In this document: positions 1 through 10,944 of the stretch, one piece after another
Position numbering within the stretch: position 1 is the stretch's first letter
Layout: each line of letters begins with the position of its first letter
Origin: Flectonema sp. DT1601
Taxonomy: Eukaryota
NCBI GenBank assembly: GCA_964019425.1
Contig: OZ025781.1
Coordinates: 186,001-250,000 of the forward strand
Length of the DNA stretch: 64,000 nucleotides
Reading direction: 5' to 3'
The notes under the pieces: model-generated
Told to the model about the DNA's origin: nothing
Seen by the model: only the letters and a program-made list of their open reading frames with translations
Databases searched by the model: none
Program-made: the position numbers and the translations under genes

Positions 1-162
1 TAGCATCGACTGAAGATTAATAAATACCAATCTCCAGCTTTCCGCCTCGCCTAGCTTATTAAACTATCGAACTAAAAAAAAAAAAAAAATAATAATAATA
101 ATAATAATAATAAATTACACTGATAATATACTAAAGCACTCGTAGAGCATTAGAAATTAACG

Positions 163-903
163 CTAGGTTGGCAGCAGCCATTTATTTGAATCGAACCACA
201 CTGGATCGATCCGAGAAAACTTAGAAGACCTAATCTTCTCCAGGAATGAATTAAAATGTTGGTTTTTGTTTTTATCCGAATTCAAGAAACAGTATATCTC
301 CAAGTCCCACAAATGGTCGTAGACTTTTTCGATTTCATTTGCGTTATAAACTTCTGAGATCAGTTTTCTGACTTCCTCCTTACACTTCGAATCAAGTGTG
401 GTAACAGTGGAATGAACGGACAAATATTTGACAAGGCGTTGTCGAGGGACCGCTCGACGTAACGGGAAGCTGTCGTGTAGGCTCCGGAGGTCATTCAAGA
501 GCGATATGAGAGCCAACTGGTTTTCAGTAGCAAAAAACTTGTGTAGATGTTGACCCACATCCTCATCTTGATCATTAAATGCCATCTGTGGGAAGTGAAT
601 TTGAACAAACATCTTAGTCTCCGGACATTTCGATAGTAAATGGTGAGTATCTGTATCTCTTTTATTACAGAAGAGACAGTTTGATAATCCCTTTCTTGGT
701 TGCTTCACAAGCGGATGGTGTCCAGTCCTGAGGCGGGCGATTTGCATTTCTCCCTCACGGTTAAGATCTGGGTGGAAGCGTTGAGCACCTCTGCCCATTG
801 TCGATAAAGAGTGCACATGTGATGTACTGCGCTGCTCGTACCAGTTTCTTCGGATTTTATTATTCACTGAACATTGGGTCATCCTGTAGTCAAACTTGAC
901 CAC
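163..903 (-). mobile_element. 5'-truncated non-LTR retrotransposon (LINE) ORF2 C-terminal fragment with CCHC/zf-RVT-like zinc knuckle plus a ~120 aa extension
   Basis: IARLRTGH...CLFC...DTHHLLSKCP matches the LRTGH...CxxC...H...C motif at the end of RNase-H-bearing LINE ORF2 proteins. The ORF-track start is a GTG next to AT-rich DNA, and no LINE RT lies upstream. Confidence 0.7.
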
Positions 904-964
904 TGTTAAGAAAAGGAATGATTTCCAACTTTAATAATAAAAAAAATAAAATAAAAAAGGAAAT

Positions 965-1620
965 TTAACAGTAGATGTTCAATATCTACAACAGTTGCCC
1001 GAAGTCAGTCTTTTTTCGTCAAAAAATTTCAAACGACGAAACATAAGAAACGCTGATACCTGTTCGAAGATATCAGGGGAGGGGTGACTCTGATGGCAAC
1101 ATTGATGGGAAACAAAAAGGTCGAATCACAAAACTCAAAACACGCAAATGAATTGAACGAAACATGCAAACTGAAAACCCGCAGATTTGTATTTTCATTT
1201 AAACTACTCAAATAATCCAGTCTTGGTTTTATTTTCGTCAAGTTGTGATTACATGAAATGCGGGTAACATTTGGTCATTAATCATCACGGCAAACAAAAT
1301 AATTTAGACTAGCGTTGCTCGGAAGGATTATTCTCAGCTGCTTGTCTAGAGACTAACAGGTTCAAAACAACAAAGAAAGGAAAGAAATGATCGAAAACCC
1401 GCAGATTTGTATTTTCTTTTAAACTATTTTGTTATCCCAGTACTTTTCACATAATCAAGTTTTGGTTTTATTTCGTCAAGTCGTGATTACATGAAATGCG
1501 GGGAAATCTGAATTTTATTTTCATTTTCCCCATCGGGATATTAAACATCGCGGCAAAGTTTTCATAGCTTCGGTCGGAAGGATTACTCCCAGCTGCTTGT
1601 CTAGAGACTAACAGGTTGAA
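965..1620 (-). mobile_element. Decayed Ty3/gypsy-type reverse transcriptase relic (partly duplicated)
   Basis: Colinear minus-strand peptides KQLGVILPTE, RISCNHNLTK, KPRLDYLSSLNENTNLRVF(S/D)LHVSFNSF...TFLF, MLPSESP/SPDIFEQV resemble GxIxPS, RLCxDY, LPRIDxL...LDLxxxF...TAF and MPFGLxNAPxxFQ. Frameshifted. Confidence 0.55.
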
Positions 1621-2399
1621 AACAACAAAGAAAGGAAAGAAATGATCAGAAGAGGGTAACCTGATACTACATCATTGGGAGGAAAGAGAAGGGAGTAATA
1701 ACTAAAAATGAAAAAAAAAAAAAATTAAAATTAAAATATCTTTTAGATTCCTTTATCTAAAACCTTTTCATTCATGAAATAATCACATATGTGTAATAAA
1801 GCCATTCACCTCCCAAAGTATTAATACCGTCGTAAAGGATTTATCATAGCCTATAAAATAAGAACCACACGAATAACTATAACAATCTGTAAGGAATAGA
1901 ATCAAAAGGAATCTTAAATAAGACCACACAGTCTTAACTGCTCCGGACCTCGACCGGAAATGGGAATTAAAAAAAAAAAATGAAATCAATACCAATTTTA
2001 GGTACTATCTACTAGAATGGTAAAAGGTAAAAAAAAAACTATATATTTCGTAGTTGTTAATCAAAAGAAAAAAAAAAAGGTACATTTAAAAAAAACACAA
2101 CAGGGCAATTTATTATGTTTTCATCAACGAGAAGGAAAAACTTTGTTAGCTATTTAATCCAAACGTTGCTGTATATAATGAGTACTAATACAAGAAGACC
2201 CAATCTGTAACCGTCTCAAATGACTGTTTGGACTGTTGAAGTAGCCTCAACTGAAGGGAAGCTTCAACTCTATAGAAAATTAAAGCACAACAAATTTTAG
2301 CCTTCCACCCTTGACCAAGCTTAACAACCTATTTAAATAAAGAATAAAGTGAACCGAAATTTGAAAAATAAAATAAATACATAAATAAGATAAAAGTCA

Positions 2400-2760
2400 A
2401 TACTGACAGAACACACGAAGAGCGTTGACGATTAACTCTTGTTTGGTAACAGCCTCGTCTTCTTTTGCTTTGAACCATGCAGACTCGATCCGAGTATAAT
2501 TAGAAGACATGACTTCTTCTATACACTTTGAATCAAGGGAATGAACGGTTAAATATTCAAAAAGTCGTTGTCGAGGGAGGCTCCTGAAGTCTTTCAAGAG
2601 CGTTACCAGAGTCAATTGACTATATATCACTAAGTATGTTGTGTTGATATTGATTGAAGTCATCATACACGTGAGAACTTCTCAATTAGGTTAACAGAGC
2701 TTGTTGCATGTTCTGTAACACATCTGTAACCGAGAATCAAGAAAGCATCATTCCCACACG
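2400..2760 (-). pseudogene. Degenerate copy of the 163..903 LINE-like C-terminal region
   Basis: PRQRLFEYLTVHSLDSKCIEEV...SSNYTRIESAWF aligns to PRQRLVKYLSVHS...LDSKCKEEV...SSKFSRIDPVWF with internal deletions. Confidence 0.7.
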
Positions 2761-3311
2761 AAATGATAAATACCTTCCTTATCTTAACAGACAAACACGG
2801 TTAAGTCACCAACGTATAACAGCTTCAGATTGGTATTTGTGATAGTTTCCGGCAATGAGTATACACATACTCAAAACAAGAGTGTCACACGGCTAGAAAG
2901 GAAGTTACCAATCCACTTGACATATGGGACATATGGGATGAGTATTGAGAGCCTGCTCATTCGAATATGTTGGTCCGCATTACTAAAAGCTCGTGAGATG
3001 TCGAAGAGTATCACAGTTACATATAATAATGCACACTATCACTATCTCGACACACAATAAAGAGACATTAAAGTACGCGACTCGAAACAAACTTTTATTC
3101 GAACCTCGCAGCGAACATGCAAAAAGGGGAAAGAAAAAGAATGATCGGAAAAGATGAAACTGCTTTAGCATTTTGAGTATAGTGACGACGACGGGGAAGG
3201 AACTCATTCCCCGATCTGCAGAGGTAACTTGATACTAATATTAAATGGAAAGCAACTTGAAACTGGCTAAAACGAGAATAGGGTTCAGCGATCTGCAGGG
3301 AGGGAAAGCAT

Positions 3312-5801
3312 TTATAGTTTTCCATGCTGCGGTACTAACGAAGCTTTACTAGCAACAAAAAAAGTAGGGTGAGTGCGTTCCCTCAGTTCTTCATCTTTTT
3401 GTTTCTCCTCCGCTGATTTCCTACAACAACACATGTAAACAATAACAATAACAACTATTACGAATACGCCAGAACATATCGAAATCAGAAGTGTATTGCG
3501 AAGCTTCACATCGCTGTCATCACTACTTTCAGAAGTAGCTGACGCCACAATGGAACCTGGCACCTTGTAAGTTCCAGCCTCAAATTCCACCCAATTAGTT
3601 GAAACAGTCGAACTGAGTGCAGCAGTTTGCTGAAACATCTGCAACTCTGTTGCAGCTGAGAATGGAGGCCAGAAAGGCAACACATGATCAGCATAAACAG
3701 GAAGAAATTCATCCGAAATAGATGTGCTCGGATCAGTGTAGAAAGCAGCTAAACTGAATGAAAGCGCGGCGTTAGTTCTCGTGATTGGAGTCAGTGGCTT
3801 GTTTACGTTGTTCTTGGCGGCGGTAGCAACCCAAGATTTCCACTCGAAAAATGGTCCATTTGTAGCAGAACTTACTCTGTGCTTTTCTCCAGATACACCA
3901 CCAGCAGTGACAATTGTTACGGCCTTGGCCTTTCTAAGGAGCTTCACAGTATGAGAACAAGAACTACCACATCCTCCGAGTGATATAACTTTGATGGTTG
4001 CGAATCCCTTCGTAGGTTGATTGAGTTGTTCATTCGCTGCAAAGGTACACTGAGCAAAACCAGCAGAGCCTATCAATGCAAATGGTGAGTCGAAGAGAGA
4101 AGTAATCTTTGGAACCACAAACACTTCAGGTGATCCAGCAGCCCTGCTCTTCTTCGGAGCCTTGTTAAAGAGATCATTTAATTTAGCTTTTGCTTTCTCC
4201 ATGTTTGTACTGGCCAAAGGTTCGTTGTATAAGCTTTCCCCGGTAGAAATACGTAACGCGTTGTAGTTTTCACCACCAACTGCAACAGATTGTATCAAAC
4301 TGATGTATCCCTTAGTGAAGTCAGTGAGGTGGTATTCAGAAGCACCCTTAGTGGAAGCAGCACTTGCAGGTGAGATACGGAAATCACTTTTTGTTTTTGA
4401 GGCTTCTCTGAGTCCTGCAGGGTATTGGAGCTTCGGGGTCAAGTACTCAATCGCTGTAGAGTACAAGATAAGAAATCCTCCACCGTTACCACGGACGTCC
4501 AGGATCAATTCTGTGATTCTCGGGGAAAACGCAATCCCATAATCATTGCAAGCCTCAATAACTTTTAAAAACCTAAGGAAGACTTTTGCCTCATCACAAC
4601 CCTGTAAGTTGGCGGTGCTAGGGGAAAAGGTTCCGATGTACAAGTACATTACTGGATTTGCGTTGGTTTCGAAAGAGCTGCACACAATATTCGGTTCATT
4701 GGTATTTTGTGGATATTGAGCAACTATCTTACCCTGATTCCAGAGATCTGAAGGAGCAAGCTGCTGAACTGATCTTTTGGACACGCGTTCCTGTTCCTTC
4801 TTTGCAGATGCAGCCTTGTCAGCCTTGTCAGCGTTGTGAAGATCTCTCGCAATGTCTGAAAGTGGATTAGGAGGAAGGTTAGGTCCGGAGTTCACTTCAG
4901 GACTTTTATGAATACCTGCCCTCTGATCAGCGATAGGAGGAATTGGTTTATATGCCTCTCTGTTCTGCCTGATGTGAGTAATGTCGTTAGGGGTCACTGG
5001 TGCTTCCTGTACCTGAGCACCTCTCGCAGTCGCTGCTGGACGGTTACCAGCAACTATGACAGCGGTTGTTAACTGTTGTTCTGCTCTTCCAGAGTAGATT
5101 GGAAGGGTGTGAGACGTACCAGCAACAGTTATTTGCATTGTGGTGGCCTGGTATCCAGATGTAGTTGAAGATATACCTGCAGCGGCTGGGTTCGCTAGAT
5201 ATTCATTAAGGTCTGCGCCATTAGACTTCGAAGTGCCGTTGTCACCAAGCAACTTTGCTAAAGAGGCCACTGCTGGCTGTCCGTTGATTGCAGTTACGAT
5301 GTCGCCAACCTGAACACTGCTCCACGTCTGTCCCTGAGAATAGGCAGTGAAAAGTACATAGTGTCCACTGATAAAAATAACTTGCTGTCCATTATCCATT
5401 CTGGTTCCGAATTCAAAAGGAATAGATAAAGTAGAGTGATATCCCGATGGCAGAGTGTAAGAAGTATGCCCGTCTTGCAACTTTAAGAAGAGTTGAGCCA
5501 TTGAAGCTTGAAATTGGAAATCACTATTCCACTGTTGAGTAGAGAACTGTTGAAGAGAACCCTTCAAGTTAACCTTTCCAATCACAGATGGGTCTGTTGA
5601 TAGAGCGATGTCAGTTCCATGGTAAAACTCAACCATCTCAAGCGCTGCTTTTGTCGCTTCCGTCACAGTTGCTTGATCCACCGGAACAGTGTTGTAACAG
5701 TCAAAGATTTCACTAGCTCTGTAGTAGTAAAAGTTATCTATCAGCCGCCCCTGCAAATTACATTGCGACACCGCCAGCAGGTTTATCATTGAGAGTAACA
5801 T
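3312..5801 (-). CDS. S41-family membrane-anchored serine protease, paralogue 1 (829 aa)
   Basis: Start placed at MLLSMINLLAVSQC, the ATG shared by all copies and followed by a signal-peptide-like stretch. Motifs LQDGHT, VGDIVTAINGQP, YLYIGTF, LILDVRGNGGG, GCGSSCS; TM helix then CCC. Intronless. Confidence 0.85.
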   Translation of the reverse strand: MLLSMINLLAVSQCNLQGRLIDNFYYYRASEIFDCYNTVPVDQATVTEATKAALEMVEFYHGTDIALSTDPSVIGKVNLKGSLQQFSTQQWNSDFQFQASMAQLFLKLQDGHTSYTLPSGYHSTLSIPFEFGTRMDNGQQVIFISGHYVLFTAYSQGQTWSSVQVGDIVTAINGQPAVASLAKLLGDNGTSKSNGADLNEYLANPAAAGISSTTSGYQATTMQITVAGTSHTLPIYSGRAEQQLTTAVIVAGNRPAATARGAQVQEAPVTPNDITHIRQNREAYKPIPPIADQRAGIHKSPEVNSGPNLPPNPLSDIARDLHNADKADKAASAKKEQERVSKRSVQQLAPSDLWNQGKIVAQYPQNTNEPNIVCSSFETNANPVMYLYIGTFSPSTANLQGCDEAKVFLRFLKVIEACNDYGIAFSPRITELILDVRGNGGGFLILYSTAIEYLTPKLQYPAGLREASKTKSDFRISPASAASTKGASEYHLTDFTKGYISLIQSVAVGGENYNALRISTGESLYNEPLASTNMEKAKAKLNDLFNKAPKKSRAAGSPEVFVVPKITSLFDSPFALIGSAGFAQCTFAANEQLNQPTKGFATIKVISLGGCGSSCSHTVKLLRKAKAVTIVTAGGVSGEKHRVSSATNGPFFEWKSWVATAAKNNVNKPLTPITRTNAALSFSLAAFYTDPSTSISDEFLPVYADHVLPFWPPFSAATELQMFQQTAALSSTVSTNWVEFEAGTYKVPGSIVASATSESSDDSDVKLRNTLLISICSGVFVIVVIVIVYMCCCRKSAEEKQKDEELRERTHPTFFVASKASLVPQHGKL

Positions 5802-6430
5802 TTTATTTGAAGAACTGTTTAATAAAATACAGTAACAGTTCACAACATTCACAGATGTGTATTAATTACTTCAGACATCTAACCGACAAACAGATAAACA
5901 CAAAATATTTAAAATGAAATTTGTATTAGCGGAGAGTGATCATAAATATTAAATAATCAAAACATTCACAAAACAAAAGTAAATATAAATAAAGGTTGGG
6001 TTAGCCACATGAAGTTACACTTTTTTTTTTTTTTTGTAGTAACCATTTGGTTCAGTTCGTGTGATATTACAGGTGGCCTGCTGGGCTATTATGAACTTTA
6101 AACTTTAAGAATATATTTTGTCTCATAGACACCCCTTGGATCAATTTTAGGGGGTGAAATGCAATTTATGCCATGCAGTATTGTTAGAAGGCCTGTGTAT
6201 TGGTGAGTAGCTACGCGTAATCAACAATACGATTTGTGAGATGCAGCTGACTAGCGTGAAATGATGAAAAGATTTGCTGACAGCGCTCGTTAATTACACG
6301 ACAGGAGCACTGAGAATGATTTTCATATCGAAAACAGTGAGAATATGAGTTTTGTTATATTAGTCAGTATTAGCTATATTAGAGGAGAGTTATCACAAAT
6401 CAAATAAATAAATAAAAAACATGGGAAGCA

Positions 6431-6515
6431 AAACTTTTCGTTTTCTGAGGCTTCTCTGAATCCTGCAGGGTATTGGATTCGGAGTGAAGTACTCAATCGC
6501 TGTGGCGTACAAGAT
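6431..6515 (-). pseudogene. Isolated ~85 bp internal fragment of an S41 gene (ILYATAIEYFTP/QYPAGFREASE)
   Basis: Aligns to 4385-4469 with a 2-bp deletion and private substitutions. Confidence 0.85.
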
Positions 6516-6744
6516 TCCTGCTTCAAATAAACTACTAGAAAAAAATGCTGCCAAGTCAAATTGACACCGACGGTTGACTAATGGGAAACTTAATAAAATT
6601 GTCGGGGTAGGGGAAAGCGGAGAATCCATCTGCAAAAGCCTGTGAGGAGAACCCCCGCAAAAACAACGACTTTTGAACTCAACGAGCAGATATTAAGGGA
6701 AGATATAAAGAAGACAAAAATCAATGTAAAAATAAAACAGGTGA

Positions 6745-7460
6745 TCACTTCAAACCAACAGGAAGTCCATTAACATTAAAGCATCAATTCGAAATCGACT
6801 GTCGAGGGTGTTTAACGACGACATCTATTTTTATTTGAGCTTGGAAAAGAAAACTGATGATGAGAAGTTGTGGATTCATCGTATTGACTGGATGGGTAAC
6901 TATTTGTGGTATCGACTTAGTACGAATATCTGTGTTGATGTCCTGGAAAAGAAAAGTATCAATCAATTTAGTGACTAACATTAAAAAACCAACACAGCCC
7001 AGCAGGTAGCTGTCGGGATAACGGAGTTAGTTGTTCAACGCCTGGGCTCCCTGTTGAGGGAAGTCATCCGGCAAGCGAGTTGTTTACTTGCATCCCATTG
7101 TTATCGAAACAAACGAAATTGACCTTTACGGTGTGAAGTCGCTTGAACAATATAAAAAGTTTTTATAAAAAAAGAATCCAGCAATGTTTTATTTACTTTC
7201 CCCCCCACTCGTAGTATTTATAAGACTACCAAGTGTACGATGGGCAATGAGCTGAAAGTGTCCAATCCCAGGCGAAGGTTCAAGAAGTTCTCACAGAGGT
7301 TTAGTTTTGTTTTCCTGCTTGTGATGTCATTCTCAGATATCCATTTCATTTCCGTTGACAGCACCTTTTATAATTCACAAGAGAGGAGCAAAAGAAAGAA
7401 GGCAAAAAACTTTGAGAAAAAACACGAAAAACGAAAACAATAACTATTGTACGTAGAAAA
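6745..7460 (+). mobile_element. Decayed retroviral-type (rve) integrase core relic
   Basis: Plus-strand KLWIHRIDWMG...ICVDVLEK...TAQQVAVGITELVVQRLGSLLREV, LYGVK, DGQ*AES/AERV, FYNSQERS, LLY(G), in the order expected for rve (W..hiDf.G, VD.FSK, tA..va, rfG.P..i.SD, GI, TDGQxER, AYN, ELLYG). About 61 codons separate the first Asp from the region of the second. Confidence 0.6.
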
Positions 7461-7759
7461 AACGGCCTCAGAAAATATCGGAGAAGACGACAAGCTTTGA
7501 CCTTCTTCAGGTACCCAAAAAATAATAGAGATCGTGTTTTCTGTATCTTTTTTCTTCTTTATGTATTTTATTTTTAATTATTTTACGAAGCCTAGGAGCA
7601 AAAAGCCAGGAAAAGCTCAACAGGGTAACAGTTATATCGCTACCAGCAACCGTGAGACTCTCACAGACTATAAGAGACGTAGAATAACCTGGAACAAATG
7701 ACTACCTAAACCCACCGCCCGCGCGAGCAGACAGTGTTGCTGTTCTCCTTTGAAATCTT

Positions 7760-9360
7760 AATACAGCCGCACTGAGAAAGATTCACACGAGAACAGTTAG
7801 AATATGAGTTTTGTTACATTAGTCAGTATTAGGAGAGTTATCACAAATAAATAATAATCAAAATTAAATAAATAATTAATTAGGACTACACTCCTTACCC
7901 ATCCCTCTTCAGCGAAAGAGAGCAAGGAGGACACTGCGGTATCAGACCTGTCCTACTTATCGTTCTCAGCAAATGGACTGAATATGAGTTTACATTAATA
8001 TTATTTATTTTATTATTTAGAAAATTAGGATTGCAAAGTAAAGAAATATAAAAGTCAACCAAAAATATTCATTTCTGCAGTTTCTTATAATAGTTAGTTT
8101 GCGATTAAAATTAAAATAATTCATTAGGACTACACTCCTTACCCATCCCTCTTTAGCGAAAGAGAGCAAGGAGGACACTGCGGTATCAGACCTGTCCTAC
8201 TCATCGTGTTTGCCCTTCTCAGCAAATGGACTGAATATGAGTTTGTTATATTACTTTGTTAGTAACAAAAAGACGTGTCGAATGATCTGAAGAGAGGGAG
8301 GATGGGAATCATTTATGTTATTGTATTATTCCTGCTGCGGTACTAACTGCGTTGTCCGTCAGAATATAAAAAAACGATCAACAACTTGTTACTAAAAAAG
8401 GGATTTCCAGTAACTTTAATAAAAATTAAAAAATAACAAATTCAACGAATCACAAAAGAGGTACAATATCCATACAACAGTTGCCAAACAAGTCAAAATT
8501 TTCAAACGACTAAACATAAGAAACGCTGATACCTGTTCGAAGATATCAGGGGAGGGGGTGACTCTGATGGCAACATTTTTTTTTTTTAAAGCAAAATACA
8601 GAACTGATGACTACGAGGGGTCTGGGTAGCCCGCATCAATAAGGACCCAATCGCGAAGATTGTAGTTTCATAGTATCGGCTGGAAGTGATCAACTTCCAG
8701 CCTCCACCTTGCCCAGAGGCTAACAGGTTGTAAACAACTAAAGAAAAGAAAAAAAAAGTGTTCCGGGAGTGTGGGAATTTTGATACGATACGAAAGTGGG
8801 GGAAGGTGAAAAAAAATAAAAAATCTTTTTTTATTCCATATGCAGCGTTTTTTATTCATAATACGACTATATGCCCCACATACCACGAAAGAAAATAGAA
8901 AACCCCGGAACAGTACCGAGGATCGTTCACCCCCAGTTGTCCAAAGCATTATAATTGTACTGCGGGCTTACCGAAAAGCTTTTTAGAAAAGTACCACAAA
9001 AAATTGAGCAGCACATAGCCATATCGCTCAGCAAGAAATGAAAACCAAAAGGATCAGGTAAGATGACAGTCAGTTTATGGGTCATAACTGCGAAGGACAA
9101 ATGAATTGAACGAAACATGCAGATCGAAAACCCGCAGATTTGTATTTTCTTTTAAACTATTTTGTTATCCCAGTACTTTTCACATAATCAAGTTTTGGTT
9201 TTATTTCGTCAAGTCGTGATTACATGAAATGCGGGGAAATCTGAATTTTATTTTCATTTTCCCCATCGGGATATTAAACATCGCGGCAAAGTTTTCATAG
9301 CTTCGGTCGGAAGGATTACTCCCAGCTGCTTGTCTAGAGACTAACAGGTTGAAAACAACA
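7760..9360 (-). mobile_element. Nested decayed gypsy-type pol relics (RT > RNase H > integrase order)
   Basis: From high to low coordinate: GVILPTE, RVFDLHVSF, VMTHKLT, LLSDMAM, RYC...WYVGHIV; second RT piece SPDIFEQV and CMDIV; then LTDNAVSTAAG, IPQCPPC, LILTNVTKLIF. Confidence 0.5.
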
Positions 9361-10464
9361 AAGAAAGGAAAGAAATGATCAGAAGAGAGTAACCTGATAC
9401 CGTATTCTTAAGCTCAAAAGGATCAACAATATCTCCGACAATCTTGACCGTCAATAAATAAATAAAAAGCAACTTGAAACTGGCTAAAACGAATATAGGG
9501 TTAAAGGAGACCAACAGTTGATTTCGATAAATTCCTATACGTGTTGTCGAATACGGGGATTTCGTGGGCCACGTACTACAGTTTGAGCGCCCCATGCCCT
9601 GTAGCCCTTTGCAGCTTAAAAACTAGTATTTCTTTACACACTTCAAAATCAAACAAAAATTAAAGGAAAATTTTTAAAAAAAAGAAAAAACTAATTTTTG
9701 CAAAATAAATAAATAATCAAAAAATATGAGATATTTCTGTATCGCAGCACACTACCAGGTGGAGCACACCTCGCAAGACTTGGTTGCGAGTGATAATTTG
9801 GGGGTAACGTGATATGCATCATGAAACTCAAAGGGGAGGAGAGAGACGGGAGTAATAAATAAATAAAATAAAATTAAAATATCTTTTAGATTCCTTTATC
9901 TAAAACCATTTCATTCATGAAATAATCACATATGTGTAATAAAGCCATTCACCTCCCAAAGTATTAATACCGTCGTAAAGGATTTACCATAGCCTACCAC
10001 ACAAATAACTATAACAATCTGTAAGGAACAGAATCAAAAGGAATCTTAAATGAGACCACACAGTCTTAACTGCTCCGGACCTCGACCTCGATCGGAAATG
10101 GGAATTTAAAAAAAAAATAAAATGAAATCAATAAAATCAGTACCAACTTTAGGTACTATCTTAAAAAGGCAAAAAATATATTTCGTAGTTGTTAATCAAA
10201 GAATAAAAAGGTACATTTTAAAAAAAAAAGAAAAGAAAAAAAAAACGTAGAAATTAGCTTCAGCTGAAGGAGATGCAATTTAATTTTACAGAAAAAAAAT
10301 TAAAGAAACAAACAACTTCTACAGCCTTCCCACCTTGATCCCAGCTTAACAACCATATTGAACCATTAAATAAAGAAATAATGTGAACCGAAAAAAAATT
10401 TAAAAAAAAAAAAAAAAAACGATAAAAAAACAAGCAAGTTAATAAATGAATAGCTGCCCGAAAT

Positions 10465-10730
10465 GACGATTAATTCTTGTTTGGTAACAGTCACGTCTTC
10501 TTTTGATTTGAACTATGCAGACCCGGTATCAGAGTTCAGCAAACAATACAACTCCAGACCTTATCAGCCGCATTGCTAACATCACACATCTGACTTCTTT
10601 TATACACTTTGAACTTAGTAAGAGTAAATGCAGTGGAATGAAACATTAAATACTTCGAAATTCGTTATCGAGGCTCCTGAGAGAATACATCTGCAACCGA
10701 CAATCAAGAAGGCATCATTCTTACAAAGTC
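10465..10730 (-). pseudogene. Degenerate copy of the LINE-like C-terminal region
   Basis: Shares blocks with 2430-2750 (cttgtttggtaacag, tgacttctt..atacactttgaa, aatcaagaa.gcatcattc). Confidence 0.6.
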
Positions 10731-10944
10731 ATCTCGTCATCCTTAGTTGAAGTGAGCGAAGCGTATTCTCAAGAGTTCTGTTTGATGTAAGGTGCATAAG
10801 ATTCGATACCATAATAAACCATTAAGAGGATTAGCCCTAAAATAGTTTGGCGGTGAACTTTCGTTGTGACTTAAAAGACGAAACAAAAAAAAAAAAGATG
10901 AAGCACTGTTGAGGAGGTTCCCCGATCTGCAGGGAGGGAAGCAT

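Noticed and set aside
74..113. Poly-A plus (TAA)n as a LINE tail
   Set aside because: It is on the opposite strand to the LINE-like ORF, and similar tracts are common throughout the spacers.
3312..3323. C-terminal GKL/GRL as peroxisomal targeting signal
   Set aside because: The protein has a signal peptide and TM anchor, and most paralogues lack the tripeptide.
4658..4870. Recurrent short ORFs inside the protease genes (MRWFRKSC..., MNFFLFML..., MRPLKTL..., MFFASSS...)
   Set aside because: Antisense or alternate-frame shadows that recur only because the host CDS is near-identical.
6431..6515. Diversity-generating retroelement template repeat
   Set aside because: Differences from the genes are not adenine-specific and no intact RT is present.
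8336..8347. TACTAAC branch point on the plus strand
   Set aside because: Not preserved across copies (tacttac, tactaaa, tagtaac) and no consistent GT-AG intron surrounds it.
8602..8690. CTGATGA motifs as hammerhead ribozymes or box C/D snoRNAs (also at 6854, 13538)
   Set aside because: No correctly placed stem II-GAAA-stem III, no terminal box D, and no recognisable rRNA guide.
5802..10944. CRISPR-like array of repeated modules
   Set aside because: Modules are heterogeneous and irregularly spaced, with no cas genes and a eukaryotic context.
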